A DNA stretch of 64,000 nt from Nitrososphaeria archaeon (lineage in GTDB: Archaea > Thermoproteota > Nitrososphaeria > Geothermarchaeales > JDFR-13). The notes beneath the pieces are model-generated. The model was not told where the DNA came from, searched no databases, and was given only the letters and a program-made list of their open reading frames with translations. The translations under genes and the position numbers were made by a program. Location of the stretch: assembly GCA_027078545.1 (NCBI GenBank), contig JALWXN010000004.1:640001-704000 (forward strand), in the 5' to 3' direction. Shown here in pieces: positions 18,497 to 28,848 of the stretch; within the stretch, counting starts at the first letter, position 1; every line of letters starts with the position of its first letter.

Positions 18497-21400
18497 ATGT
18501 TTAGACAGTTGTCATCCCTGCTAATCATCACAATCTTCCTGATAAGCCTCCTACCAGCCTATACAGTGCCTGCCCAGGGAGCCTGGGCAGAGAACGACCC
18601 CAACATCAACTTCGACTTCTACCTTGAGAACGTGGCTACAGAGTTTGTGGAGAGGCTCGAGGCAGAGAAACCGATCGACGACATACTCTACAACATTGAG
18701 AGGCCAGTCAGCGTCATAATGTTCCTCAAATCTGGCTACGACCCAGCAGAGATCGCGAAGTACTTCATGTCTATCAGGTTCCTACCAGACATCGGGCCAC
18801 TAGGCGTTGCCACAGGTATGATCAAGCCAGGTGCCGCGGAGGAGCTTGCCAAGCTTGACAGCGTGCTAGGAGTGATGCTCGACGTACCAGTAGACTTCCC
18901 CGGAGACTTCGACGACAAGTTCTTCGAGCTAAGGCTTAAGTTCGCCCTCGGCGAGATAAGCCCAGAGGAGTTCAGAGATGCACTAGCAGACCTGAAGCGC
19001 GAGATGCTACAGAAAAGGAGTGGCGACGGCCTGAAGACAAGGGACATCCTGCTACCAGCAGGTGTTGAGAGGGGTGACGCCCCCATCTCGCCAGACATGA
19101 TCTATGTCGGCGACATAGTAGGTATCAATGAGCTTGTCGGTGGGCAGCCCCTTAAGAAACAGTATAACGGGGCAGGTGTCACAATAGCTGTGGTGGATAC
19201 CGGTGTTGACTTCGGATCATTTGGGCTATTCTCATGGATCAACAAGGTTGCTAGAGATCCAGCCACAGGCGTTACATCCTCATTCAACGCTGATGCCGAC
19301 TCTATAGCCCTTACAAATGTAACAGTTGTGGCTTACCCATGTGGTGTAGATGTTTGTATCAACACTACCGGGTCTAACCCAGCAGTATATGTCTTTGGCA
19401 CGGTTTCCGACTTCCTTACTGAGAATGGCACGTTATTCTCCGTTGACATGATAGTGACTGGTATCTTAAACCCAGGAGACAAGGCTAAGTTCGGTATCCT
19501 ATTCCAGTGGCAGACTGGTTGGAACCTCTTCCCAGTACTCCTTGTAGATAGCGACAGCGACGGATTTTACGACACAGCCTATGTAGATGTCTCCTCAGAC
19601 TTCAACTTCTTCTGGGGATTTACGCCTGATTACGACTTCTCCGACGAGACTCCACTAACTCCAAACGGTGTCACAGTTGCCAACTATGACGACAACGGCG
19701 ACGGCTATCCTGAACACTCGACAAGCACCCTGGCATGGGGGCTCGACGTAACCTGTGCAATACCAGTGATTAATCCACTTAACCCAGATGGGTGTGGCCT
19801 ACTAGAGCCGATTGACGACCAAGGTGACTACGCAGTATTCGTCTATGACTGGCATGGACATGGTACACAGGTGGCAAATACAGCTGCTGGTGTAGACGAC
19901 TTCACGGGTATGCAGGTATACACCTCTTGGGGTCTATATCCATATGGGCCTGGCATAGCTCCAAATGCTAGCATAATGGGTATACCGATATTCGGCTTCG
20001 GCAGCATTATCGAAGGATGGTTCTGGGCAGCTGGTTTCGATCCAGTGCTCCCCTCATGGTGGTTCCCAGTAGCTGGCTATGGAACAGTTGCCGGTATATG
20101 GGTCTATACAGGTAATCATAAGGCGGACATAATTAGTAACAGCTGGGGCTTCATCACTAACGAGCATACCAGGCTAAACTGGTTCATCTATGGACCGTTC
20201 TTCATGAGCCTATTGGCAGACGCACTATCAGTTCCAGGCTTCCTAGACCCGGCTTACCCAGGGACTCTAATAACTATAGCTGCATCCAACGATGGCCAGG
20301 GACATGGAACAATCACAACTCCACAGGACAGCATGTTCGCCATGACGGTGGGTGCATCTACCGCCTACATGATATACAACTTCCTATTAGGCATTGGTGG
20401 AGGGCATAACGATACTGCGGCATTCTTCTCTAGCCGTGGACCAACCTACATGGGCAATGTTGAGCCAGAGATAATGGGTGTAGGAGCCTGGGGCATGACC
20501 CCAATACCTCTATGGTTAGCACAGTTCTTATCCTTCTTCCTTACACCGACTATAAACGGCTCGTTCCTCGACATCTTCGGAGGAACAAGTATGGCAACAC
20601 CAGTAGTATCTGGTGCCGCGGCTGTTGTGATACAGACATATGTAAATGTACATGGTATAAAGCCTAGTCCTGACCAGGTAAAGAGGATTTTGATGAGGAC
20701 TGCTGATGATACTGGGCTTCCAGTGTCTATACAGGGAGCTGGTAGGGTAGATGTCGAGGATGCGGTTAACGAGATACTAAACATGGGTCCAGATATCTAT
20801 GCACCTATGACTGGCCAGAAGTTCGCCCAGCGCCTCTTCGTACCAGTCCTGATAAGGTGGATGGGGCTACTGGGTGACGCCTCACCACTCTACATAGGTG
20901 ATCCGTGGACATTTGTATCAGCAGCCTCCAACTGGTATGAATACTCACTGTACGACTGGTTCGGCCTAGGAGACACCGTACTAGGCTACCAGGCACTGGT
21001 CGTGGATAATACTATGGGTGGATCAGCTATAACCTATAATGTCAATGTCGTTAGGGAGAGGCTGGTCTACGAGGAGTACATGAGCTTCCCAATAATCCTC
21101 GACGGTAGCACAAGCATAGTAGCCGAAATCCCATACACTCCATGGGCAGGGTCGTATGACTTCCTCATGGTCTTCGCGGACTTCAATTTCACAGTGTTCG
21201 ATGATGCCGACTCAGCCTTCTGGGACGAGACTAATATCCAGCTTCAGGCATGGGACTGGGTAGACGATGGTGACGGAATATTCGAGTTCTTCGGAGACAC
21301 CAACTATTTGATCGACTATGCACCCTTCTGGTCCAATACACAGGCAGTCTTCATACCGAAGAAGATCATCAATAATCTCAACGGACAGTTGCTCATAAGG

Positions 21401-22810
21401 ATTTTGGAGACCTGGGACTTCCACAGCCACCTATCAGTAGAAACCATTAATGTACGCTTCCAGTACTGGAGGCTAGATCCACATCCATGGATAACCCCCT
21501 CAACCCCCACAGTAACAGTTCCAGCTGGCGGTACAGCCAACGTCAACATCGATATTATGGTGCCCACTAACGTAGCGCCAGGTGTGGAGCAGGGATATGT
21601 CATCCTTGACGATCCCGGGACACCTGAGATCGATTATAAGGTGCCCTTCAGCTTCATACTATACAAGAGAACTAATGCCCTAGCGGGTCTAGTTGATCCG
21701 ATGCCTGTTGAGCCTTACGGCGAGAACTTCATACAGCCGAACTGGTTCCGTGGCTTCTCGGAGTACTCATTTACACTTGACATCTTCCGCTTCTCAGGTG
21801 ATAGGCGCGGATGGTACTTCACTTATCTCGGTGATCCGGAGCAGAGGACTTTCGGTATCTATGCATATGCCCAGTGGGACAGTCCATATGCAGACATTGA
21901 CATGTTCAGTGTAGACGCTGGGCTACTGATGAATGACAAGAGCGATCTCGTCGACACTGGGTATAAGCCTCTACACCAGACCAGGCTAGGCCCCAAGTCT
22001 GAGATGGTGGCTGTCTGGCCATGGCCACTGGCCACAGCCTTGTCTGGTGGCGCCCCAGACCTGATATGGATGTGGCAGAGGCTCTACGACGCTAACGGCT
22101 CCCAGTTCGTCAACAACTCTATACGCTACGCCAGGCTGTCTTGGGGCAATGGCACCCTGTTCAACAACACAGGCTTTAACGCCATTAACGTACCGGGCGG
22201 TGTACAGGTTCTGGTCCCAATAAACATAGAGACCGGTGTAAACCTCACAGCTGTACAGTTCTACAACTATGAGACGGATCCACAGATCTCCATCATGATA
22301 ACTCCAAGCGTTACGTCGGCAGCCGCGTTCGCCAACAACAATACAGTCACATTAGGAATATTCATACCACACAACGTGATGCAGCAGGTGTTCAACAACG
22401 GACCTATGGCTTTCGACTTCAACTTCACCGTGACGGCTGACTACCTACCATACGAGACGAAGTTCCTAATGAGGATTATTGTCGAGCCGTTCCCACTACC
22501 GCTGAAGGCCATGGCTCCATCAGGTGACAGCGTCTTCTGGCTAGACATTGGCAGGTTTAACGGCTGGATCTATAAGATATGGTACTACGACTTCGATCCA
22601 GACACGGAGACATTCGGCAGTGAGGTTGGCTTCGTCAAGAAGTGGCCGGTGAGGGTTGTCAGTGTCTTCGCTAGCCAGGAGTTCGGCATAGTGAAGGTCG
22701 TAGTGGGCATCAAGCACAACGACGGCACAATGGGCTGGTACCCGATGACCATCGTGGTCTGGCGCTACAGGGAGGATGTCTGGCTCCTCGGAGCCAATAT
22801 CCTGCCGTAG
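18497..22810 (+). CDS. Large secreted S8 (subtilisin/pyrolysin-like) serine peptidase, paralog B
   Basis: Signal peptide; canonical VVDTG, HGHGT, ISNSWG, AASNDG and GGTSMATP; colinear with paralog A. Confidence 0.93.
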   Translation: MFRQLSSLLIITIFLISLLPAYTVPAQGAWAENDPNINFDFYLENVATEFVERLEAEKPIDDILYNIERPVSVIMFLKSGYDPAEIAKYFMSIRFLPDIGPLGVATGMIKPGAAEELAKLDSVLGVMLDVPVDFPGDFDDKFFELRLKFALGEISPEEFRDALADLKREMLQKRSGDGLKTRDILLPAGVERGDAPISPDMIYVGDIVGINELVGGQPLKKQYNGAGVTIAVVDTGVDFGSFGLFSWINKVARDPATGVTSSFNADADSIALTNVTVVAYPCGVDVCINTTGSNPAVYVFGTVSDFLTENGTLFSVDMIVTGILNPGDKAKFGILFQWQTGWNLFPVLLVDSDSDGFYDTAYVDVSSDFNFFWGFTPDYDFSDETPLTPNGVTVANYDDNGDGYPEHSTSTLAWGLDVTCAIPVINPLNPDGCGLLEPIDDQGDYAVFVYDWHGHGTQVANTAAGVDDFTGMQVYTSWGLYPYGPGIAPNASIMGIPIFGFGSIIEGWFWAAGFDPVLPSWWFPVAGYGTVAGIWVYTGNHKADIISNSWGFITNEHTRLNWFIYGPFFMSLLADALSVPGFLDPAYPGTLITIAASNDGQGHGTITTPQDSMFAMTVGASTAYMIYNFLLGIGGGHNDTAAFFSSRGPTYMGNVEPEIMGVGAWGMTPIPLWLAQFLSFFLTPTINGSFLDIFGGTSMATPVVSGAAAVVIQTYVNVHGIKPSPDQVKRILMRTADDTGLPVSIQGAGRVDVEDAVNEILNMGPDIYAPMTGQKFAQRLFVPVLIRWMGLLGDASPLYIGDPWTFVSAASNWYEYSLYDWFGLGDTVLGYQALVVDNTMGGSAITYNVNVVRERLVYEEYMSFPIILDGSTSIVAEIPYTPWAGSYDFLMVFADFNFTVFDDADSAFWDETNIQLQAWDWVDDGDGIFEFFGDTNYLIDYAPFWSNTQAVFIPKKIINNLNGQLLIRILETWDFHSHLSVETINVRFQYWRLDPHPWITPSTPTVTVPAGGTANVNIDIMVPTNVAPGVEQGYVILDDPGTPEIDYKVPFSFILYKRTNALAGLVDPMPVEPYGENFIQPNWFRGFSEYSFTLDIFRFSGDRRGWYFTYLGDPEQRTFGIYAYAQWDSPYADIDMFSVDAGLLMNDKSDLVDTGYKPLHQTRLGPKSEMVAVWPWPLATALSGGAPDLIWMWQRLYDANGSQFVNNSIRYARLSWGNGTLFNNTGFNAINVPGGVQVLVPINIETGVNLTAVQFYNYETDPQISIMITPSVTSAAAFANNNTVTLGIFIPHNVMQQVFNNGPMAFDFNFTVTADYLPYETKFLMRIIVEPFPLPLKAMAPSGDSVFWLDIGRFNGWIYKIWYYDFDPDTETFGSEVGFVKKWPVRVVSVFASQEFGIVKVVVGIKHNDGTMGWYPMTIVVWRYREDVWLLGANILP

Positions 22811-22960
22811 AGCTATCCCCCACCCTTTTTCCCCACTATTTATAACCCTCCTAACAGTTGAACCCTCTAGGAAAGGTTCCTAGGACCCATATACCATCCT
22901 ATATTTTCCCCGTCTCCACTATACACCTATATATCAAGTTTATACCAATGGTGTCCGGCT

Positions 22961-24442
22961 ATGGCGTTGGCACAGGAGGTTATGGAGAACTATGGTAGGC
23001 TCAAGCTATACATAGATGGAGAGTTCGTGGAGAGTGAGACCAGCCAGTATATAAAGGCCTTCAACCCGGCAAAGGACGAGGTCATAGCTGAGGTTCCAAA
23101 CACACTACCAGAGGAGGTTGATAGGGCGGTTGAGGCTGCTTATGAGGCCTATCTCAAGTGGAGGGAGACCCCCATACCCACGAGGGTGCAGTACCTCTTC
23201 AGGATCAAGGAGGTCTTGGAGAGGCATAAGGAGGAGATAGCCAGGATAATCGTCCAGAACCACGGGAAGACCCTAGACGAGGCTCGTGGAGAGATGAGGC
23301 GGGCGATCGAGAATGTCGAGACCGCTATAGGCGTTGCATACCTCCTCGAGAAGGGTGAATACCTAGAGAATATAGCCAAGGGGATAGATGAGTACCTTGT
23401 GAGGGAGCCCCTAGGCGTGGCAGCCATAATCTCCCCATTCAACTTCCCAGTCATGGTCCCCTTCTGGTTCATACCATATGCACTAGCTGTTGGAGACACT
23501 GTGGTGGTCAAGCCCAGCGAGATCACCCCAGTACCCTTCCACTGGGTCATAAAGCTCCTACATGAGGAGGCTAAGCTACCCCCAGGCCTGATAAACGTGG
23601 TCTACGGCCTGGGCAACGTGGGTGAGAACCTTATAAGCCATCAGAAGGTATTCGGCGTAGCCTTCGTAGGCTCTACACCAGTGGCCAGGGCTATATATAA
23701 GAGGGTTGGGGAGCTGGGTAAGAAGGCGATTCTACAGGCCGGAGCTAAGAACTTCGCAGTCGTTATGCCAGACGCAAACATGGATAGGACCATACCGAAC
23801 CTCATATCAAGCTTCTTCGGCAACACTGGGCAGAGATGTCTGGCAAACAGCGTCCTAGTCCCGGTGGGCGAGGCCTACGACAAGGTCCTCCCGAAGTTCC
23901 GTGAGATGGCTAGTAGGCTTAGGCTTGGCTACGGGCTGGACGAGGATGTTGATATGGGCCCCATGGCGACTAGGAAGGGTTTGGAGAGGGTCTTGAAATA
24001 CATAGACATAGGCCTCGAGGAGGGTGCGAAGCTGACCCTGGACGGCAGGGGTAAGAAGCCTGAGAAGTATCCAAATGGCTACTTCATAGGCGCGAACATA
24101 TTCGAGGAGGTCACGCCAGACATGACGATAGCCAGGGAGGAGATATTCGGGCCGGTAGCCTCGGTGATCAGGGCGGAGACACTGGACGAGGCTATAGAGA
24201 TGATCAACAATAGCCAGTATGGAAACGCCTCGAGCCTATTCACATCCAGCGGAGCCGTGGCGAGGAAGTTTAGGAGGGAGGTGAATGTGGGCAACTTAGG
24301 TATCAATGTGGGTGTAGCAGCCCCGATGGCCTTCTTCCCATTTGGAGGTAGGAAGGAGAGCTTCTTCGGAGTCGTCCATGGCCAGGTCGACAGTCTAGAC
24401 TTCTTCACCGATAAGAAGATCGTTATAGAGCGCTGGTGGTGA
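22961..24442 (+). CDS. mmsA: CoA-acylating (methyl)malonate-semialdehyde dehydrogenase
   Basis: PFNFP, VGSTPVA, AGAKN, GQRC, EEIFGP and APMAFFPFGG.K.SFFG. Confidence 0.92.
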   Translation: MALAQEVMENYGRLKLYIDGEFVESETSQYIKAFNPAKDEVIAEVPNTLPEEVDRAVEAAYEAYLKWRETPIPTRVQYLFRIKEVLERHKEEIARIIVQNHGKTLDEARGEMRRAIENVETAIGVAYLLEKGEYLENIAKGIDEYLVREPLGVAAIISPFNFPVMVPFWFIPYALAVGDTVVVKPSEITPVPFHWVIKLLHEEAKLPPGLINVVYGLGNVGENLISHQKVFGVAFVGSTPVARAIYKRVGELGKKAILQAGAKNFAVVMPDANMDRTIPNLISSFFGNTGQRCLANSVLVPVGEAYDKVLPKFREMASRLRLGYGLDEDVDMGPMATRKGLERVLKYIDIGLEEGAKLTLDGRGKKPEKYPNGYFIGANIFEEVTPDMTIAREEIFGPVASVIRAETLDEAIEMINNSQYGNASSLFTSSGAVARKFRREVNVGNLGINVGVAAPMAFFPFGGRKESFFGVVHGQVDSLDFFTDKKIVIERWW

Positions 24443-24768
24443 TGAAGCGCTATACACTGTCCAGCCTAATAACCAGGCTAGCCAGCTTCGAGGAGGCCCT
24501 AGCCGAGAAGATGGATGCCAAGGGATATGCAGAGGCGGCTGAGAAGGCTAGGAGACACGCCTCGGAGATCCGGGAGGTGAGGGACTTCATCATTGTGGAG
24601 ATGACCCTGGAGCCAATCGAGACCCTCGACCCGATGGAGTTCCTAGACGAGGTAGCCACCCCAGGGGACGTGGAGGGTCTCAGGAGACGGGTCTACACCA
24701 AGATAGCGGAGGATGTTGAGCCTGTTAGTGGGGAGCTGGCCGACCTCCTCAGAAGGCTATCCTCCTAA
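24436..24768 (+). CDS. Hypothetical helical protein coupled to mmsA
   Basis: 110-aa ORF overlapping the mmsA stop, typical codon usage; contains VEMTLEPI. Confidence 0.6.
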   Translation: MVMKRYTLSSLITRLASFEEALAEKMDAKGYAEAAEKARRHASEIREVRDFIIVEMTLEPIETLDPMEFLDEVATPGDVEGLRRRVYTKIAEDVEPVSGELADLLRRLSS

Positions 24769-25730
24769 CCACTTTTTATCATCCTTGAGACCGTGTTGGC
24801 TACTACATAGCTCTCCCCCATCCACTCAACTATCCTAACATCCCCCAGCTCCTCAAGCTCCCTAATAGTCTCCATGCCGGGAAGCCCATTCTCCTCTAGA
24901 TACTCCACAGCCGCCCTCAGGGTTAGGGGGTAGAGGTTGACAACATATATCAGCTCCTCGATCGGGTCGTCACTCTTACGGTCGAGGAGCCGCTCCCCAG
25001 GCTGGTCTATGATGTAGACCCTGTTCGGCATGTAGCTACTCAGATCCCTATAGACCATTCTGAGGACGTTTATGTCTGGCGGCCTTACACCTCTGCCGGG
25101 CGGGAGGTATGGTGTGACCATGAAGTACTTGTTGGGATTAACGATCTTGACAACCCTGGCAAGCTCCATAGCCTCGTCTAGTGAGTCGTTATACCCGCCT
25201 ACGAAGACGGTCTCGAGATACATCTTCCTCCCATAATCCCTCCGGAACTCGATAAGCCTCTTAACAACCTTCTCGGGGTCGATATCCATATTAGGCTTGT
25301 TTAGGTCCTCCATGGTGTCTCTATAGACCGAGTCTAGCTTGAAAAGCACAATGTCAAAGTTTAGTAGTAGGTTGTAGACAGTATCGTCGAGGAGGCCTGC
25401 ACTATTAGTATAGATCGCCACGGGCTTCCCGAAGGACTTGAGGATCCTTATTAGCTGTGGGAGCTCGGGATATAGGGTGGGCTCCCCCATCGGGGAGACT
25501 AGGAAGGCGTTTATCCCCCTAACCCCCCTCTTAAGGACAAACCTCCCGATATCCCTGGACACCCTGCTAAACCTGTCCTGTGAGAGGGGGCATGTATCCG
25601 CCAGGGGCGTCCCGAATATACAGTATCTACATGAGAAGTTGCAGACAAACTTCTCGAAGGGGTCTACCATGTAGACCTTCCTTATCTTCTGGTCTATGAC
25701 GGGGCCACCTATAAACTTGTTTAGCATCAT
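24765..25730 (-). CDS. Radical SAM protein (COG0731-like)
   Basis: CNFSCRYC (CxxxCxxC), GEPTLY, YTN and KLDS. Confidence 0.85.
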   Translation of the reverse strand: MMLNKFIGGPVIDQKIRKVYMVDPFEKFVCNFSCRYCIFGTPLADTCPLSQDRFSRVSRDIGRFVLKRGVRGINAFLVSPMGEPTLYPELPQLIRILKSFGKPVAIYTNSAGLLDDTVYNLLLNFDIVLFKLDSVYRDTMEDLNKPNMDIDPEKVVKRLIEFRRDYGRKMYLETVFVGGYNDSLDEAMELARVVKIVNPNKYFMVTPYLPPGRGVRPPDINVLRMVYRDLSSYMPNRVYIIDQPGERLLDRKSDDPIEELIYVVNLYPLTLRAAVEYLEENGLPGMETIRELEELGDVRIVEWMGESYVVANTVSRMIKSG

Positions 25731-25789
25731 ATATTTACAGTATTTAGATTTGATACGAATTCAATTGGGGGAATATACAGTATATATCC

Positions 25790-26383
25790 CTAGCGCGAGA
25801 CGTAGTCCGAGGATAGTAGGTAGTATCTATAGGGCTCCTCGAGATCCCTCGAGACTCCTATACGCCCACTCCTACCAACCTCTCCACTACCAGGCTCTAG
25901 GTAGTATAGTAGCTCCAGCTCCCCACCCCTGATGTATACAGGCATGTCGTCAAGCTCCCTCGTTATGCCTAGCGCCTTTGTGAGCCTACCCGGACCCGTG
26001 GTGAGGAGCCTCTTCCTACTAACTCCACGCCTCCTAAACATCTCCTCCACACCGATGAGGGGCTCGACCGACCTTATAAGCACGGCTCCAGGACCCCCAG
26101 CCGTGGTGACTATGTTTAGGAGCCAGTTGTTATGAACCATGTATATGAGGGTCCTGCCCGGCTCCCTATACATCGCCCTACCTATCGAGCCCTTCTTGGA
26201 GGCCCGTGACGCGGGGTCCTCGGGGCCGAAGTATGCCTCTACCTCCGTTATCATGCCCCCTAATACCCGGTTCCCCATGCGTCTGACTAGCAGGGCTCCT
26301 AGGAGCTCGGGGGCGACCCTGTCGGGCGGTCTTGAGTAGAACTCTTTGGGTATGGTTTCTCCGTACCGTGCCGTGAACCTCAT
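25790..26383 (-). CDS. mpg: DNA-3-methyladenine glycosylase (MPG/AAG family)
   Basis: ITEVEAY.G.ED.AS, AVLIRS, GPGRL and RIGVS; ATG 26383 has a GGAGGT SD. Confidence 0.92.
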   Translation of the reverse strand: MRFTARYGETIPKEFYSRPPDRVAPELLGALLVRRMGNRVLGGMITEVEAYFGPEDPASRASKKGSIGRAMYREPGRTLIYMVHNNWLLNIVTTAGGPGAVLIRSVEPLIGVEEMFRRRGVSRKRLLTTGPGRLTKALGITRELDDMPVYIRGGELELLYYLEPGSGEVGRSGRIGVSRDLEEPYRYYLLSSDYVSR

Positions 26384-26435
26384 ACCTCCCTTTATATCTA
26401 TATCCATAGGCTATTTACTATTCGGTGATCCTGTG

Positions 26436-26855
26436 ATGAGAATATCTCTGAAGGTTAGGGACATAATGGATGATAAGGTATACATGATCGATGAGGGCCG
26501 GAGCTGTAAGGAGGCCCTCGATGAGATGGTGGATAAGGGTGTTTGGAGCCTACTAGTCTCGAGGGACGGCCTACCAGTAGGCGTGGTTACGGAGAGGGAT
26601 ATAATCAAGAAGGTTATCAGGAAGGGCTTGAACCTGGAGGGTGTACAGGTGGGGAAGATAATGTCTAGCCCAATAATAACAGTCTCTCCCGACGACCCTG
26701 TGGCCAAGGCTATGGAGCTGATGGTGCAGAACGATATTAGGCGTGTCTACGTGGTCGAGGATGGTAAGATCATTGGTAGGGTGACGCAGACCGGTGCCTT
26801 CAAGAAGATCCTCGACATACTCCTACTACTCAGCGACCTATCCTGGTATCTATAG
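26436..26855 (+). CDS. CBS-domain pair protein
   Basis: VRDIM...GVVTERDI...IMSSPIITV...GRVT; GGTGAT SD before 26436. Confidence 0.9.
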   Translation: MRISLKVRDIMDDKVYMIDEGRSCKEALDEMVDKGVWSLLVSRDGLPVGVVTERDIIKKVIRKGLNLEGVQVGKIMSSPIITVSPDDPVAKAMELMVQNDIRRVYVVEDGKIIGRVTQTGAFKKILDILLLLSDLSWYL

Positions 26856-26882
26856 ATAGGGCGGGTCAGGGTATAGGTAGAA

Positions 26883-28280
26883 ATGAGGGGTAAGAAGCTT
26901 GTCGTGGGGACTGTACCCCTAATAACCTTCCTAGGGGGCTACTCCATAGGGCTAGAGCTTGAGCAGGCCTTCGCCATATCCATAGCAGCCATGGTTATAT
27001 CCACGACGCTCCTGATGTGGAAATATAGGCTCTCAGCCAGCGTCGCCGGACTATCAATAGCCTTCCTTACAGGGATACTTCCCTTCAAACTCTTCCTAGA
27101 GTATAGCCATATGGACATCATACTCTTCCTCCTAGGCATGATGACCATCGTCGGATACCTGGAGGAGAACCACTACTTCGAATATCTTGTCTCGAAGATG
27201 ATCCCAGTCCTACATGGTAAGCCAAAGCTCTTCATAGTGGTTATGATGTTCACCGCAAGCTTCTTCGCAGCTGTGGTGGATGAGGTAACTGCTATACTCT
27301 TCATGAGCGTCATAATGCTGGAACTATCATCCATATACCAGCTAGACATTAGGCGTATGATACTACCGATAACCTTCGCCGTGATCATAGGCGGCTCAGC
27401 CACCGTGATGGGTAACCCAGTGGCCATACTAGTAGCCTTTAGGGGCGGACTAACGATGCAGGACTTCGCCTACTGGGCCACCCCAGTCACACTAGTCTCA
27501 CTGGTAATCCTATCCGGGATGGTGATGCTCCTCTTCAGGGACGAGATCAGGAAGTTGGAGGAGAATATGTCTAAGGTCAGGATCGAGGAGATTGTCGAGG
27601 CACTGGCGGAGGAGGTCCACGCCACTAGGAAGGCGACCATACTCTTCGTACTAGTGATCGGCTCTATAATCCTGCATAACCAGATAGCCACACTGATATC
27701 CAGCCTCGGAGTATACGTAACTCCAAAGGTTGTGCTCGTCTCAATAGCCCTGCTGGGCGCCAGCGTGATACTGGCAACCGAGGGGGAGGATGGGCTCACA
27801 GTCTTTCTCCACAGGGTTGATTGGCAGACCCTAGTCTTCCTACTATCATTCTTCAGCATAGTCGGCAGCCTAGACCATGTAGGTGTCCTACAGCTGATAA
27901 GCAACGCGATAGTGGAGGCCGCTGGTGGGAATGAGGGGATGATGTTCCTATACATAGCCGGGATAACAGGTGTACTAAGCCCCGTCATGGACAACGTACT
28001 CACAGTAGCTACCCTCAGCCCAATAGTCGAGGGCCTCGGCGAGATAGGTGTCAACACGGTGCCTATATGGTTCGGGATGCTATTCGCAGGTATATTCAGC
28101 GCCCTAGCCACCCCTATAGGCACATCTGCAAGCCTAGTCATGATGGGGCTCCTGGAGAGGCGCCGCGTCAAGCTCATAACCTTCGGGGAGTGGATAAGGG
28201 TGGGCCTACCAGCAGCAGTTATCATACTGGGCCTAGCTCTGACAGTGACATATATCAGGGCCTATGGAATGCCTCTCTAA
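26883..28280 (+). CDS. ArsB/NhaD/SLC13 (IT superfamily) anion or cation permease
   Basis: Many TM helices; DEVTA, GGSATVMGNP, DNV and ATPIG motifs. Confidence 0.85.
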   Translation: MRGKKLVVGTVPLITFLGGYSIGLELEQAFAISIAAMVISTTLLMWKYRLSASVAGLSIAFLTGILPFKLFLEYSHMDIILFLLGMMTIVGYLEENHYFEYLVSKMIPVLHGKPKLFIVVMMFTASFFAAVVDEVTAILFMSVIMLELSSIYQLDIRRMILPITFAVIIGGSATVMGNPVAILVAFRGGLTMQDFAYWATPVTLVSLVILSGMVMLLFRDEIRKLEENMSKVRIEEIVEALAEEVHATRKATILFVLVIGSIILHNQIATLISSLGVYVTPKVVLVSIALLGASVILATEGEDGLTVFLHRVDWQTLVFLLSFFSIVGSLDHVGVLQLISNAIVEAAGGNEGMMFLYIAGITGVLSPVMDNVLTVATLSPIVEGLGEIGVNTVPIWFGMLFAGIFSALATPIGTSASLVMMGLLERRRVKLITFGEWIRVGLPAAVIILGLALTVTYIRAYGMPL

Positions 28281-28326
28281 AGCCTCCCAACCTTTTTAAC
28301 CCCTAACCCAGAAACTACTTATCAAG

Positions 28327-28791
28327 ATGAGCGAGATGAGTGACTATAACGTGGCCACCGTCCTCGTCTATAAGCTCCTAAACGCTGTCTACAAGGCGGT
28401 GACCGAGGAGCTGGGTGAGGAGGCCTGGGACGTCCTATGGAAGAGCGGGAAATACCTGTTCAACGAGGTACGTGAGGAGATCGGGATAGAGGAGGGCATG
28501 GATCTTGAGGAGGCTATACGCAGGCTCTGCCAATACCTCAAGAGGATAGGTATGGTGGAGGAGGTCCGCTTCGAGTATAACAGGGACGAGGGTATACTGG
28601 AGACCACCGTGATATTCCCATTCTCAATTGCGAAGTATAAGAGGGAGGCCGCCGGCCCGATATACCTCTTCACCAGCCTACTATCCTCCGTCCTCGAGTA
28701 TCTAGGCTATGAGATGGAGAGGGAGGGTGAGCACTACATACTCGAGGGTAACAAACTCAGGGAGAGGTGGAGGATCTCCAAGGCAGAGTAG
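28327..28791 (+). CDS. Hypothetical protein (possible V4R/L-2-amino-thiazoline-like ligand-binding fold)
   Basis: 154-aa ORF; the pattern 'E.LGEEAWDVLWKSGK...' resembles V4R/HNOB-type domains. Weak. Confidence 0.5.
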   Translation: MSEMSDYNVATVLVYKLLNAVYKAVTEELGEEAWDVLWKSGKYLFNEVREEIGIEEGMDLEEAIRRLCQYLKRIGMVEEVRFEYNRDEGILETTVIFPFSIAKYKREAAGPIYLFTSLLSSVLEYLGYEMEREGEHYILEGNKLRERWRISKAE

Positions 28792-28848
28792 ATATATACT
28801 AGGCCGATATAGAGACCTGGCTCTAAACCGTGATACCCGGTGTAGCCC

